Of a DNA stretch of 64,000 nt, positions 47,200-60,480 are shown piece by piece. Origin of the DNA: Mustelus asterias (taxonomy: Eukaryota); the NCBI RefSeq assembly GCF_964213995.1, contig NC_135821.1, forward strand, positions 56,730,001 to 56,794,000, given 5' to 3'. Both the position numbers and the translations under genes were made by a program. The notes under the pieces are model-generated. The model saw nothing but the letters and a program-made list of their open reading frames with translations, did no database searches and was not told where the DNA came from. How positions within the stretch are numbered: the stretch's first letter is position 1; each line of letters opens with the position of its first letter.

Positions 47200-47783
47200 A
47201 GTCCCCCCATGCCAACACTATAGTTAAGAAAGCCCACCAACGCCTCTACTTTCTCAGAAGACTAAGGAAATCTGGCATGTCAGCTACAACTCTCACCAAC
47301 TTTTACAGATGCACCATAGAAAGCATTCTTTCTGGTATCGCAGCTTGGTATGGCTCCTGCTCTGCCCAAGACCGCAAGGAATTACAAAAGCTCGCGAATG
47401 TAGCCCAATCCATCATGCAAATCAGCCTCCCATCCATTGACTCTGTCTACACTTCCTGCTGTCTGGGCAAAGCAGCCAGCATAATTAAGGACCCCACGTG
47501 CGCCGGACACACACTCTTCCACCTTCTCCCTTCAGGAAAAAGATACAAAAGTCTGAGGTCACATACCAACCGACTCAAGAACAGCTCCTTCCCTGCTGCT
47601 GTCAGACTTTTGAATGGACCTACCTTGCATTAAGTTGATCTTTCTCTACACCCCTTAACTATGACTGTAACACATTCTCCACTCTCATTTTCTTCTCTAT
47701 GAACAGTATGTTTTGTCTGTATAGCGCGCAAGAAACAATACTTTTCATTGTATGTTAATACATGTGACAATAAATCAAATCAA
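47200..47783 (+). mobile_element. Rex1/Babar-type LINE 3' fragment
   Basis: KKAHQRLYFLRRLRK...RLKNSSFPAAVRLLN; aaatcaaatc tail. Confidence 0.88.
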
Positions 47784-48475
47784 ACACTCCCAAGAAGCTT
47801 GCCGATGCAGAAATAGTGTGCTTCAGATACAACGGTAAGGGTCATTTACAAGCATGGTGCAGAGTGAAGCAGTCAGGACAGAATGTGCAAAAAAAACCCC
47901 ACAATGTTAGTTTAACACCTTCAAAAAAAAACAGGATGTGGAACCCGACAAGTGACCCAAGTGTTTACTCTAAACTAGGTGCAACTAAGTGCCTCCTATA
48001 GAGATAGCCTCGATAGTAAATGGCAGATCTCTTAAAATAGAAGGCGACACAGGAGCTACAGCCACAGTCATAGGGGAGCAGGCATTTTGTTACCTTCAAA
48101 AAGACCTCCAACCCATTGACATTGAATGAGTCGGGCCATATTGTCTACATATACAGGAAAAACATTGCAGACCTTAGAGGCAGCAACAGTCACCATGTCC
48201 TACAAGAATCAAATGACAGTTATGTGTCTTGTTAATTACATGCCATAGACCTCCTTTAATGGGTCATGATTGGCTCAAGCAGATAAACTTAAATTGGTTG
48301 GAAATAATACATCTTTCATAGAATGGAATCCCATTTCATAGAATCCCTGCAATGCAGGAGGCATTCAGTCCATCAATCTACACTGACTTACCCAGGCCCT
48401 ATCACCCCCCCCCCCCCCCCCCCCCACTAATCCCTCTGCCATTAACCTACGCACCTTGGGACACTGTGAAGCAAT

Positions 48476-49315
48476 TGTGCCTTAAAGAAATGTATTTTGA
48501 TCATGTTTCTCTGCAGTTCTTTTAAGAGGCCCTTTTGTGCTTGTTGCTAACCTGCTTGATTATAAGTTATTTTATTGCTGCTTAAAAGGTTTCAATAGGG
48601 TTTTGTTTATTTTTAATATGGGTCTAATGCATTTCGGGTTCACGACCCTCTTTGAATTGTTGTGGGAAGACTGATTGACAGGTCACGTGGGGCAGTTTTT
48701 TTTTCCTCTCCCAAAACTGCTTTTACTTTCAGTTTTGGTTGCAGGCTACGTAGGTGGTGTTTGGACACCAGGCTGGAGACAATGTATTTGTCTCTCTCCC
48801 TGCTGGCTAGCTAGAAGCAGGTTTTCTTGTCTTCCTGGAGTGAAAATTCTCTACTGTTGGATTGCTAGCTAAAGGTCAGCAGTGACATTATCTCTACCTC
48901 GAGCTGGGATTTCCAGAAGAGAAGCCAGAGTTTCAATTCTCCAACCAAAGGACTAATTCACAGTGGATGTTGCAGAGTTGCAAAACCACATGAGCATTCT
49001 TATGTTCTGTGCTAAATCCAGGGACGGGTGTATGTTTGAAAGGATTGTTGCTTTGGAACAGTGCATTTAGTTAAGGTTTATACAATATCATGTTTTTTTT
49101 CTTGTTTGTAATTAGTAAAAGTATATTGCTAATTTTCTTTCAATATGTTAACTGTATTCTTAAATAAACTTTGTTTGACAAAAGCTCCCTAATAGGTTGT
49201 TTGAATCATATCTGGAGCGAAACATTGTGCTTACCTGCACCAAATTCAAAGTGCAAAATGTATGGTCTAGGCTGAATTCATAAAACACCTTGGAGTTTCT
49301 GACCTAGATTATAAC
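48476..49315 (+). mobile_element. LTR-like insertion splitting a V-SINE (halves 48337-48475 and 49316-49481)
   Basis: SINE resumes after ~840 bp; TG...AATAAA...ataaCA layout. Confidence 0.5.
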
Positions 49316-51697
49316 ACTACGGTGGAATCCAGCTAACTTGCACATCTTTGGACTGTGGGAGGAAACCAGAGGAAACCCATGCAGACGCAGGGAAAATGTG
49401 CAAACTCCACACAGTTACCCAAGGGCGGAATTGAACCTGGGTCCCTGGCACTAAGGTAGCAGTGCAGAGCACTATGCCATCCTGCGAGGAGGTTTCAGTA
49501 GCTGCTGTGTCAATATTCTGAGGTCTTCCAAAATTAACTAGAATGTATAAGGGGAGATAAAGCCAAACATTTTCTGAATCTGGGCGCACCAGTGTCCTAT
49601 GCACTTTGCTCCAATCAAGTCATTGGTAGTAACCTACAATGCATCACCATATGGAGTTGGAGCAGTTCTGGAGCAGGATGCCGGATGGAATAAAATGGCC
49701 AATTGCCTTTGAGTCAACATTATCAGATGCAAGAAAAAGTTTACCCAGCTAGATTAAAAGCAAGCTGAGAGGTCATTTATGTAGTCAAAGTTTCATCAGT
49801 ATATCAATGGATGGCATTTCACAATAGTTTCAGACCACAAGCTTCTGATATGTGCTTTTTATAAGGTAACATTTGTAATTTCTTTAAAATGTCTACAGAA
49901 TCTAAGTTAAGAATGTTTGGAAATGACATGGAGTGCATCAAATGTAATTTTCTTATCCAAGAAATACCTATCCAAGTTATTTGGCAACCCTAGAACCAGT
50001 ACATTCAGGAAGGACATTAAGAAGCTGTGCAGCTGAGAGAGAGCTACTGCCACAAAGGAGAGCCACAAGCAGAGACGTTGGATGTTGAAGGCCAGATGCA
50101 GAAGGAGACAGAAATAATTCTTGAGAGAAGAGTAAATTGCTCTTGGGGTGAGGTTGTTTTTGTTTTATAGAAAAGGAGACAGGAACTCTTGGAGGCACTG
50201 TGAACATCTAAAACCTGGAAAGCTGCATAAATAGCTCAGAGGCAAAGAGTTTGGTACTTTCCCCAGAGTTGACCAAACTGAGACAGGTGGTGTCAGTTGA
50301 AAAGGAATCCTGGAAAGCTACACCATTTGGACTGTTGTTACCTTGTGATAATTATCATACGCATGAAATTCTAAGGTGGAAGGCTGTTGTAGAATAAAAC
50401 TCCTGACTTATCCCACATGGATAAAGAACAGCATATTTGTGGAACTATGTAGCTCTAGTGCCACATTTGTACAGTGATGCAAATGCTTATGTGGGATGTA
50501 TCTTAGTTAAAAGGGAAATTTACTGCCTTATTTGAAGCATAATTTGCTTAAGATCAAAAGTAGGAGCAGGAGTAGGACATTCAGCCTGCTCTATCTATCA
50601 TTCAATGAAATCATGCTGATCTTCTACTTCATGATTATCCCCACATAATCTGCATATGCCTTTATGTTGTTAATATGTAGAAACATATCAATCTTCAAGG
50701 GATAATGAAACAACAGATAGCAAGTCAAGCATGAATTTACAGGAGGGAATAATGGTAAAACATATCAATTCATGTTTAATTTACATTAACATGAATTCGA
50801 AGCAAAGTTACAAAGAGTGAAATCTTGTTGGTAACTCCCTTGCCAGTCACTCAGTAAATCTGGTTATTTTGGTTTACAGCTCCCCTGGGGGTGGGGATTA
50901 TAAAAATAGGAATTGTTAATTTAGAATCAAAGGAAAAGTTTCAGTTGGAAAATATTGCCTGAATTCTTTGGTCTGAAATATATTGGAAAATGCTAGCCCA
51001 GAATTTATGATCTCCTATGGTCAAACCTGAGGTGTCCCAGAAGATACACAAGCAGACAGCTCCCTTAGACAACCCCATGTAAAGATTGGATGGGAAGATT
51101 AAACTTCCATTGGGCAATTACCCTATAGCAGGAAGCATCCAATCCAAATTTACTGCTGGGAATGATGGTTCCAACACGCCAAGCAGAAAAATTGGAAGGA
51201 TTAAAACCACTTTTAACTTCTGGGTTATGGTACTGACCTCAACCCCAACCCCCCCCCCCCCCCCCCCCCACCACCGCATGACTTACCTTCTCTATTGTCA
51301 AACGTGGCTGGGACCTTAACTTCCTAGTTCACAACAGTTGGTGTTGTAAGAAGAGGGTCATGGCTGTACTTTCTCTAAACACTGCCACCCTGCACTGAAA
51401 GGATTTTGAAGTTGCTGTGCTGCACATTTCTCACCAGACCTGGGACAGATCAGGAAAGAAATGTGCAGCTCCAGACTTGGGCAAGTAGAAAGGAGCAGCA
51501 TGGCAGTCAGACTGGCCATTAAAATACAGCATTAGTTTATGAGCTGTGCCATGTAATTTCAAGCATTTGTGAAAAGCTTTAGATCTGTTTAGCTGAATTT
51601 CTGAGATTAAACAGTTTTTAAATAAGAGATTTTTGAAACTGAAACACTCAATGTCTGAAATTCTAACTTTGTAATAATGCATTATATTTCATTCCAG

Positions 51698-51820
51698 TAT
51701 CCAAACATGTACAGTGAAAAGGACCCAATATTCAACTGCATCCAACGAGCACATCTAAACACATTGGAGATATATCCTCAATGGGTGATCTTCCAACTGA
51801 TAGCAGGAGCTGTCTACCCG
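51698..51820 (+). CDS. MGST3: MGST3-family exon ([27 protein letters not shown]...VYP)
   Basis: [13 protein letters not shown] signature; ttccag / gtaaag; 123 nt. Confidence 0.95.
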
Positions 51821-52327
51821 GTAAAGATGCTGAAAAGCTCAATAAACAGTCATAAATAATGTGTGCCATCTTTTTCCATGCTGCCTTTTAGCCAGCAAGA
51901 CAAATCCTTCCTACTGGAAGTGAGATTAAGCTTTTATCCAAAGGATTGTAAAATTCATGTTTATCACTGTCTTGTTTCCACAAACTAAATTAATACCCAA
52001 TTCAACTTGATTTTTAATGTCCAGTGATGCCAAAAATTGTTCTTCAACAAACTATTACCTGTTTGACATTAATTTCAGCTTGCCAAATATGTCAATTGAT
52101 CTTCATGTTCACTGTCACTCAACTCGGCATGCCTCAGCTTCACAGCAGGGAATGTTGAGTGGCTGTTTCCTGCACAGAAATTAATTTTAAGACTCGCACA
52201 GGAAGCCTAGTCTGAGTATTTTCAATGGATTTTATCATCTCAATTATATCCTTCATTGTGGCTTCTTAATGTTTGTTCATATTACATGCACTGTATAATG
52301 AAATCTAATTTACTTCATACTTTACAG

Positions 52328-52400
52328 ATTGCTGCTTCTGTGCTTGGTATAATCTGGGTAACCAGCCGATTTACATACGCATGGGGATATTACTCAGGAG
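52328..52400 (+). CDS. MGST3: MGST3-family exon (IAASVLGIIWVTSRFTYAWGYYSG)
   Basis: tttacag / gtacat; 73 nt; RxxYAxGYY motif. Confidence 0.93.
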
Positions 52401-52729
52401 GTACATAGTATTGAACTTTTTTTGTTTACACCTTTTTATACTTTAGAAGAAAATTGAGATAAGTGTTCAATGTTATTTTAAATGTTATTTCCCATAATAT
52501 TGTTGGGAAAGACACTAATTTCTGTATTCCTTCATTACCAACCACGCTCTTCCATCTCCTTCTTGAACACTTTTACAAAGCTTTTCGTCACCTCTCCATC
52601 CTTTTGATTACAGCTTTTTAAAGTGCCTTATGGATGTTTTGGTTATAAACACTACATAAAGCAAGTTGTTTTCTCCACTATCATCCTGGAGGTTGCTATT
52701 GATCAGAATCTGAACTGGCGTAGCCATAT

Positions 52730-53322
52730 ACTGTGGCTCCCAGAGCAGGTCAAAGGCTAAGAATCCTGCAATGAGTAATTCACCTTCTGACTTCCCAGTG
52801 CCTGTCCACCATCTCAAAGGCACAAGTCAGGAGCATAATGGAATACTCTCCACTTGCCTGGATGAATACAGCTCCAACACTCAAGATGCTTGACACCATC
52901 CAAGACAAAACAGCTGCCAGATTACCACCCCTTCCAAACATTCAATCCCTGAAACAGTGGCAGCATGTGTACATCTACAAGATGCACTGCAGGAACTCAC
53001 CAAGATTCCTTCAACTGCACCTTCCAAACCCATGACCACTACCATCTAGAAGGAAAAGGGCAAGATACCTGGGAACATCACCACCTGGAGGAGGCTCCCC
53101 TCCAAGTCAACCACCATGCTGACATGGAAGTATATCACCATTCCTTCACTGTCGCTGGGTCAAAATCTTGGAACTCCCTCCATAACACCAGTGTGTGTGT
53201 ACCGACACGTCAAGGACTGCAGTAGTTCAAGGCAGCAGCTCACTATTACCTTCTGAAAGGCAATTAGGGATGGGCAATAAATGCTGGCTTAGCCAGTGGT
53301 GCCCACATCCTGTAAATGAATA
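52730..53322 (+). mobile_element. LINE 3' fragment (CR1/L2 group)
   Basis: MEYSPLAWM...LDTIQDK, HSFTVAGSKSWNSL; tail shared with the second SINE family. Confidence 0.75.
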
Positions 53323-53971
53323 TACAATTTTAAAAGCTAGCATTTTCTGTAGGAATTTCATTTTCTTGCATTTGCAGTCTTATTCCTCTCTCAATGTTTC
53401 TCACATTTTTCTTTTCACACATTCCAACTTCTGCATGTCAGATAACCTTTTATATTAGAACCTTTAGCAGTTTACAGATCATTTAATCCGATAATTCTCT
53501 CTCCAGTTGATGTATTCGTTGCTTCTCCCTTTTTACCGAGTGTTAATTATCCTGTCTGATACATCCAAAAAGTCGTAACCCAATTCATTTTACAGACGTT
53601 GGCTGACCAGTTGTGTATTGGCAGCACTTTGTTTTTGTGTTCATCTTTTTAATCTACCTAAAATCAGTTTTCCCTTTCCTGCTCAATTCTTATCGATACA
53701 GACACCTGTTCCCCTCCCCCGTCTCTGCCCCCTAAACATTGATCAAACTTTCCTGAAGTTTTTCCACCCACTGCAAATAAGCATCTAGGAAGTTCACTGG
53801 ACCATATTATATCAAACAATGAAACTCCTACTTGCACATGGTCCAAAAGTTATATTTAATTTCAGCATACTGTATAAAGCTATTAAAAATTGTTCCATAT
53901 AGTTTTTGCTATCTCAATGAAACCACATTTTGTTCTAGATTATGCACTCTGTTATCTCTGCTTCTTTATAG

Positions 53972-54072
53972 TGCCAGAGAAAAGAATGAAGGGTTCCTAT
54001 GGATACATTGGTCTACTGGGAGTCATTTTTCTGTCTATAGTGGTCGCTTTTAAAATCCTCCTTTTAGCATGA
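53972..54072 (+). CDS. MGST3: MGST3-family last exon (PEKRMKGSYGYIGLLGVIFLSIVVAFKILLLA*)
   Basis: ttatag acceptor, phase 1, PxKRxxG motif and TM4. Confidence 0.93.
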
Positions 54073-56340
54073 TAAACATCCATTGAACCTTCTACCACTA
54101 TGACGGATGGAGGAAAATAATTGATTGACCACAGAGCAATAGTTCTGGTATTGTACATATTCAGCCATTTTGGAATATCATCTTAGCCACTTCCTGCCAG
54201 TTGTTTAATTAGTGTCAGCCATTGATGGTGTCCTCTTCAACATGTTAGCATCCCATTTTGATTACGTTTTGTGGGACAAAATAGGTTCTGTTCCATTTAA
54301 CAGAAAATGATGCACTGCAAATCATAAAGCTACATTTCATAAACTGGATACTTAAACCCCAGCAGAAAAATCCCATTCCAAATAATTGGGCAACTGGCTG
54401 TTACATCCTCTGCCATAAACATAAAATTTATCTGTACATCAGTCAAGGATGTGTAATTCTTGGTAGCTTAAACTGAATTTGTAATCTTGAACTATGTGTA
54501 AGATTCTCTCTCCCCTCTCCCCCCCCACCCCACCGAAGTTACGTGTATTGCCAGTCACGAGGGTGCTCAATATGTCAAGCTGTTTTCAATTTGACCTCTT
54601 AGCATCAGCATGCATTATGATGTCTTGAAATTAAATCAACTGAAAAGGTAATGAACAGATAATGTTAAAATGTGCATCAAGCGGACCGGAATCTGGAGGA
54701 GAACGTTGGGGAAGTTGATGCTTCAATCAGAATATTCACTGAATACTTGAGAAAAACTCAGCTTGTACATTTCCAGCATCTGTAAAATCAGATTTTTCAG
54801 AAACTATTAAAAGTTGTCAGTTTAAATTTGATTCAGATGCAGATTAAATAATGATGTCTTGAGGTATAATTTTGTCTTGCTTAATTTTCCAAGGCAATCT
54901 TAATGTAACCATTTATCAGGAACCTACTATAATTAGTTTTCATTTTGTTTTGGGAGGGGGAACGTGCAAATCTTGATGTAGCTTCAAAAATGTCACTATT
55001 TTCCAATTAAAAATAGTTTTAAAAACAACATTTTAGGTTTTTTAAAGTTACATTTTGGAAAAACCAATGCCTTTATCCACAAAAGGAAACAATCACATAA
55101 CAATGAACTTTTTTGTATAGGTCAATCCATCTACAAACAATAAATCACTTTTCGCATTAGGGGTGGATTAAAAATCAAATGGTAGACATTTTCACAGTGC
55201 AGCAAAGATATTGGCAGGTAAAAATAATCTGACTGATTAATTATTGAGTTACAAAGAGTACATGATAAGTTAAAAGGCAAAATGATAATCAGCAAATTTG
55301 GTTTCAAAATGCAGTGTATTTTGTGCTTATCTGGACCTCTGCAAAAATTTTGGTAAATAAACTAACTGGTGATATAGTTATGCTCGATTCAATTGTCCAA
55401 GGGCTTTATGAAAATGAAGCTTGCCCTTCATAAATTGTATAAGATAGTTCATAATAAATGGGACATGGCAGCTTTAGCCCACTAAGATTTCAAAACACCA
55501 GAAATGCACAAGTCTTGCCATAAAAATTATACACTAAGTTTCAGGCATAAAGCAGCAGCTTCGTTACATCCTCAAAGATAGCAAGAGAAACCAAAATCTG
55601 TCCAAAGTATGGCATTTATTACAGAGATTTTAAAAATGTACTATTTGTAGCACTAAATTAAGGACTGCAAAAAAAATGCATCAAAACAAGTTGTGGTCAA
55701 CATCAGTGTATTTCTCAAGGGAAGATTTTCAACTGGTTAATTCAGTTATCCAAAACTATCATAAAGTTCCATATATAATGTAACCCATATGCAGTGGCTC
55801 AATGCTATTGTACAGTGGAACGGGTCAACCACAACAATGGGCTTTGGGATCTCTTAGTATTTATAAAAGATTCAGACCGACAAATAAGAAAGGATTTCCA
55901 ACTATCCACCTGCTTGCCAGCAAAGAATGACATGTGGCACTGGAAGGTTAGAAATCAAAATGGACAATTAGAAAACCAAAATGCCTTTTCAACTGGCCGA
56001 ATACAATGGAGCAATATGCCTACAGCCATAACAATGTTACACAAGCCTTTTTCTGTAATATCTAGAGGAAATCGGAATTAGTGAGCCACTCTCTGGAAAC
56101 TGGGCATTCATCTCCAGATGAGAATGGAGGTTTCAGGAGGGTAATTTGAGCTGGAATCATTGATGGCCAAGCAGAGCTCACGTTAGCCAAGTGAGGAAGA
56201 TGGCGGCTAACATGCCACTTGCTGCATTTAACAAAAAGAGAGTTACAAATCTGATCTTCAACCGGCGGCGCTGTCCACCTTCGCTCCAGGGGGGGTATGA
56301 AAAGCTGCACTGTGTAAACCTCCCTCCTCAAAGTCACCGA

Positions 56341-56826
56341 TTATCTTCCCGAGCGAACTAATCCGGGTCTGGAAGGCACCATCATGGGCCGGTGAGGCCC
56401 CATCATCGGACCCGGCATCATGGGCATCGGGCCCCCGATCGGCGGTCTCATTCCGGGCCCGACCAGCATCATGCCAGGAGGCGCCGGGCCCATCATCGGC
56501 ATCATAGGTGGCCCCCCCATCGGCGGCCCCGGCAGGATGGCCGGCCGCGGCGGCGGCACGCCCACGTTGCCGGGCGGCGGCGGGATGGCGGCGCCGGCGG
56601 GAGGCGGACCGGCCGGCGCCGGGAAGGGAGCGGTGGGCGGGATCTTGCCCTGGCGGAAAGCGGCGGTGGTCTTATCGATCAGGCTCTGGGCCTGCTCCTC
56701 CATCCATTTCTGATAATAGTCCTTGACGTTCTCCTTGTGCTTGCGGCCCTCGCAGTGGGTCTTGCGGACGGAGGGGGAGTCGTGCGTCAGGTAAGTATCG
56801 CAATAGTCACAGTAATACTTGGGCAT
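56341..56826 (-). CDS. SNRPC: U1 snRNP protein C (U1-C), intronless
   Basis: [34 protein letters not shown] zinc finger plus Pro/Met-rich tail; 161 aa uninterrupted. Confidence 0.97.
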   Translation of the reverse strand: MPKYYCDYCDTYLTHDSPSVRKTHCEGRKHKENVKDYYQKWMEEQAQSLIDKTTAAFRQGKIPPTAPFPAPAGPPPAGAAIPPPPGNVGVPPPRPAILPGPPMGGPPMMPMMGPAPPGMMLVGPGMRPPIGGPMPMMPGPMMGPHRPMMVPSRPGLVRSGR

Positions 56827-56844
56827 CCTGTCGGCTCGGCGGCA

Positions 56845-57300
56845 GGGCTGCGCGCATGCGCTACCTGCTCAGCCGCGCCTTATATACCCCGCGGGGCGGC
56901 TGAGTCACGGGCCGTGACGTCAGACACGAATCACGTGACGACCCGGCCCCGAACGCGCATGCGCATTTCCATCTCGCTGCCGAGGGAGGATTGAGCGTTG
57001 TGTTTTTTTTGCCATCGCAGTTACTGGTGACCGAGCAAGTATGGATTCGTTTCGTCGTAGTGGGGTCGTTTCCTTTAAAGTGTATAACGTGTTCATTTCG
57101 CGTGTTTGATTTCCATTTTGTTCTTGTTGTTCACGGCGATATTCTGAGCCGTTGCCATAGGGTTCGTCGCAGCTTTGGGGTGCGCGCATGCGCCCCTCCC
57201 CCTCAGTGGGAGATGTAGTTTTGGGCACGACTGGGCTTAGCCTTAGGGAAGGAGTGGGAGTCCTGCAGGACTATAAATCCCAACAACACCGTAGGGCCTA
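56845..57300. promoter_or_regulatory. CpG-island promoter of SNRPC, possibly bidirectional
   Basis: TATATAA (minus 56886-56880); GCGCATGCGC x3 (56852, 56955, 57184); TGAGTCA 56901; TGACGTCA 56915; CACGTG 56932; ZNF143-like 57207-57219 and 57270-57282. Confidence 0.88.
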
Positions 57301-59083
57301 GCCTTTCACTTTCGAGGCTCGGCTCAGTAATGTTACATCCTTACACCCATCCTCCAGTGATGTGGCTGCCATTAATTTATCTAAAAGATAATTCTTTAGG
57401 TGGGGATTGGTGGTCTTTATTGTTGACTGCATGTAGGCACAGATTAATTTAAGGTTGAAGTCATTTCACTATATTTAGGAATATTGATTCTAAAGTGGAG
57501 GAAGTTGGTATTGATTTATTTTGAGTACAGTATGTACCTTTTAAAATATTCTAGATTGCCAGATGCCAAACTATTGAATAATGTTTGCATTGCTGCATTG
57601 AAAATATTCTTTTTATTTTTATAATCTTAATTAGTTTACCTCATTGACCATAAAGCATGATCACTCTTTATCACCTGCCTGTGTTTCCGCTAAACCCTGC
57701 ATCCTGTTACTGATTGCTCCCTTGTCTCTGTCTCTGGCTGATACACACTATTGCAATCCTGGTATCCTATCCAATCCTGAGCTGAGTTTATGATCTCATA
57801 TTCTCTGTAATATGACCTATTTGTCTATCCCTTAGTCCATCTGTCACAGCAATCCTCATCTGTGTTTTTGTCACGTTCCTATATTTCACTATTCTAATTC
57901 CCTCCTGGTACCTCATTTTACACCTTCCGTAAACGTCAGTTCATTGAAGACTCTGTTTGCATCCTACGCTTGTCACCCCTGTCTTTGTTTGGTTACACTT
58001 ACTCCTAGTCTTCCAATGCCACCAGTTTAAAATTTTAATGTGTATTTAACCCCTTCAGTTCCTTGACACTCTCTATTTGCGTAACTTACTTCAGTCCTAC
58101 AATCTTCCTTGAAATTGCAAGCTTCTGGTGCCCTTCTCTGATTCCTTTCATTTGTACATCATGATTTCACCGACGCTTTGGTGGCTGTGCCTTTATTATT
58201 TGGGCTCTCACTTGTGTAATTCTCCAAACCTCACTGCTTCCATTTCTCTCTCCTTTTTTGAGGCTCTCCTTAGAAGCCAGCTCTTGCCAGGCTTTTGGTC
58301 ATCCCTTGGTTATTTTTGACTGCTTCTAAAGCACATTGGAGAAATTTTTCAATGTTAATTGTGCCATGTAAATGCAACTTTGTTGTTGTCTCTCCTATCT
58401 TGTCTGCTTTTCCTATCCTCTCTTATCTGTTTCCCTCTTTCCCTATGTTCTTTTCTTCTCTATACCTTTTCTTTCAAGTGGTGTGGCCCGCTGTGGCAGT
58501 GAAAGGAGATGTTGGGGCTGTGGGGATAAAGTGGCCTTGAGTAGCTCCTTTCCCACTAATCATTCAGCTAGTGATGAAGCCACTTGATGTGCAAGTTCTT
58601 TCTTTTAAAGTAGTATGAGGTATCAATGACACTATGTCTTGGCATTTACACCTGTAATAATTTTCTATTGTATGTTTATTTTTACACTGCAGTGGCATTA
58701 TTTGTTAATATACATGATCAGAAAAAATCAGTTGTATTTCAATTAATGCAGCATTCACAAAGTTTTGGGGAGAAAAAATTCCAGGGATCTACTACAATTT
58801 GTGTGGAAAGACAGTTTCTGATTTCATTCCTAAATAGTCCAGCTTTAATTTTAAAATTATGCCCCCTCATTCAGGATTTCACCAGCAGAGGAAAGAGGGT
58901 AGATTCAGACAAACGATCAAATATTTAATCATTTTAAAGGGGGTCAGTGTCCAAGTTTGATTTGGCAAAGAGTCTGCACAAGTTAGAATTTTTTTTTAAA
59001 AATTGATTCAATTTGAAATAAAGTTGAGCTTTCCATTGGCCCTTTTGTTTTTCCTTTTTGGACTTGCTTTTAGTGACTTAAAA

Positions 59084-59345
59084 GTTTGTTTATTAGTCAC
59101 AAGTAGGCTTACATTCACACTGTAATGAAGCTACTGTGAAAAACCCCTCTTCGTCACACTCTGGCGCCTGTTCGGGTACACTGAGGGAGAATTTAGCACG
59201 GCCAATGCACCTAACCAGCACATCTTTGGACTGTGGGAGGAAACCCACCGCAGACACAGGGAGAACGTGCAAACTCCACACAGACAGTGACCCAAGCCAG
59301 GAATTGAACCCAGCAGTGCTAACCACTTTGCCTACCGTGCTGCCC
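59084..59345 (-). mobile_element. V-SINE variant with alternative 3' tail
   Basis: Same tail as 24585-24815. Confidence 0.82.
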
Positions 59346-59472
59346 ACAAATGTACATGAACATCTAAATCCCTTCATTTCTCCACTGCATGTCATCATTA
59401 GGCAAATATGCTCATTTGTTTTTCAGTCTTCTGCACATTCAATTCCATTTTACTCACATAATCTACATCCCA

Positions 59473-59820
59473 AGAATCATAGAAACCCTACAGTACAGAA
59501 AGAGGCCATTTGGCCCATCGAGTCTGCACCGACCACAATCCCACCCAGGCCCTACCCCCATATCCCTGCAGATTTACCCACTAATCCCTCTAACCTACGC
59601 ATCTCAGGGCACTAAGGACAATTTTTTTTTTAGCATAGCCAATCAACCTAACCCGCACATCTTTGGACTGTGGGAGGAAACCGGAGCACCCGGAGGAAAC
59701 CCACGCAGACACGAGGAGAATGTGCAAACTCCACACAGACAGTGACCCAAGCTGGGAATTGAACCTAGGTCCCTGGAGCTGTAAAGCAGCAGTGCTAACC
59801 ACCGTGCTACTGTGCCACCC
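59473..59820 (-). mobile_element. HE1-type V-SINE (young)
   Basis: Close to 19399-19745. Confidence 0.92.
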
Positions 59821-60480
59821 TGTGAAACTTCTTCCTCACATCCACACTTCTTACTGTGCCCCTTTACTATCACCTGCAAACTTGGATACACAACTCCTTT
59901 TATTCAAGTCATTAATGTATGGTGAAGAACTGAGGCCCTAGTACAGCTCCCTGTGTGACATCATCCCATCAATCAAAGTGGACCTGTTATCCCGAGTCTG
60001 TTTTCTATTTTGCAATGTATATCACAAAATTATCTCCAATTCCATGCAATCTTATTTTTGCTAATCTCTTGAGTGGAACCATAACAAATTCCTACTGGAA
60101 GTCCATATACAAACTCCAGTATCCATTCTCGTGACCTCATCAAAAAATGTCAGCTCAATTAGTCAGATATGGTCTACTGTAGACAATTGGGGTAATGGGA
60201 GTTTGCCTATCTAGATTCCAATTATTTTCCGAACTACCATTTTTTAACATTTAATTAAATCAATTAAGTTCCTCACCTCATATTTTTAGGTTTCTTTATG
60301 TCGCTAATAACTTGTCTTTTTCCTCTGCTGTGAAAATGGATATAAAGTACTCATGAAAAAGAGTGGCATTTTCTTCTCCATTATAACCTTGCCCACATTC
60401 CCTTTTACCACTCTTTGGGTGTATTTTTGTAAGTTGCTGTTAGCTTTGCAACTTTTTCATTCCCCAAATTATATCAACAA

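Larger units (their letters stand above)
46863..49870 (+). mobile_element. Decayed Gypsy element with nested Rex1, SINE and LTR-like inserts (MGST3 intron)
   Basis: Zn-knuckle-like CFRYNGKGHLQAWC, protease DTGA near 48045, GHDWLKQIKLNW, RNase H ASPYGVGAVL near 49640. Confidence 0.7.

Noticed and set aside
48406-51269. Long poly-C runs (48406-48425, 51249-51269)
   Set aside because: Simple homopolymers, one inside a SINE; lengths may be unreliable.
56392-56994. 200-aa and other plus-strand ORFs over SNRPC
   Set aside because: Antisense shadows of GC-rich coding sequence.
58570-58660. C/D-box snoRNA starting GTGATGA
   Set aside because: No downstream CTGA D box or terminal stem.
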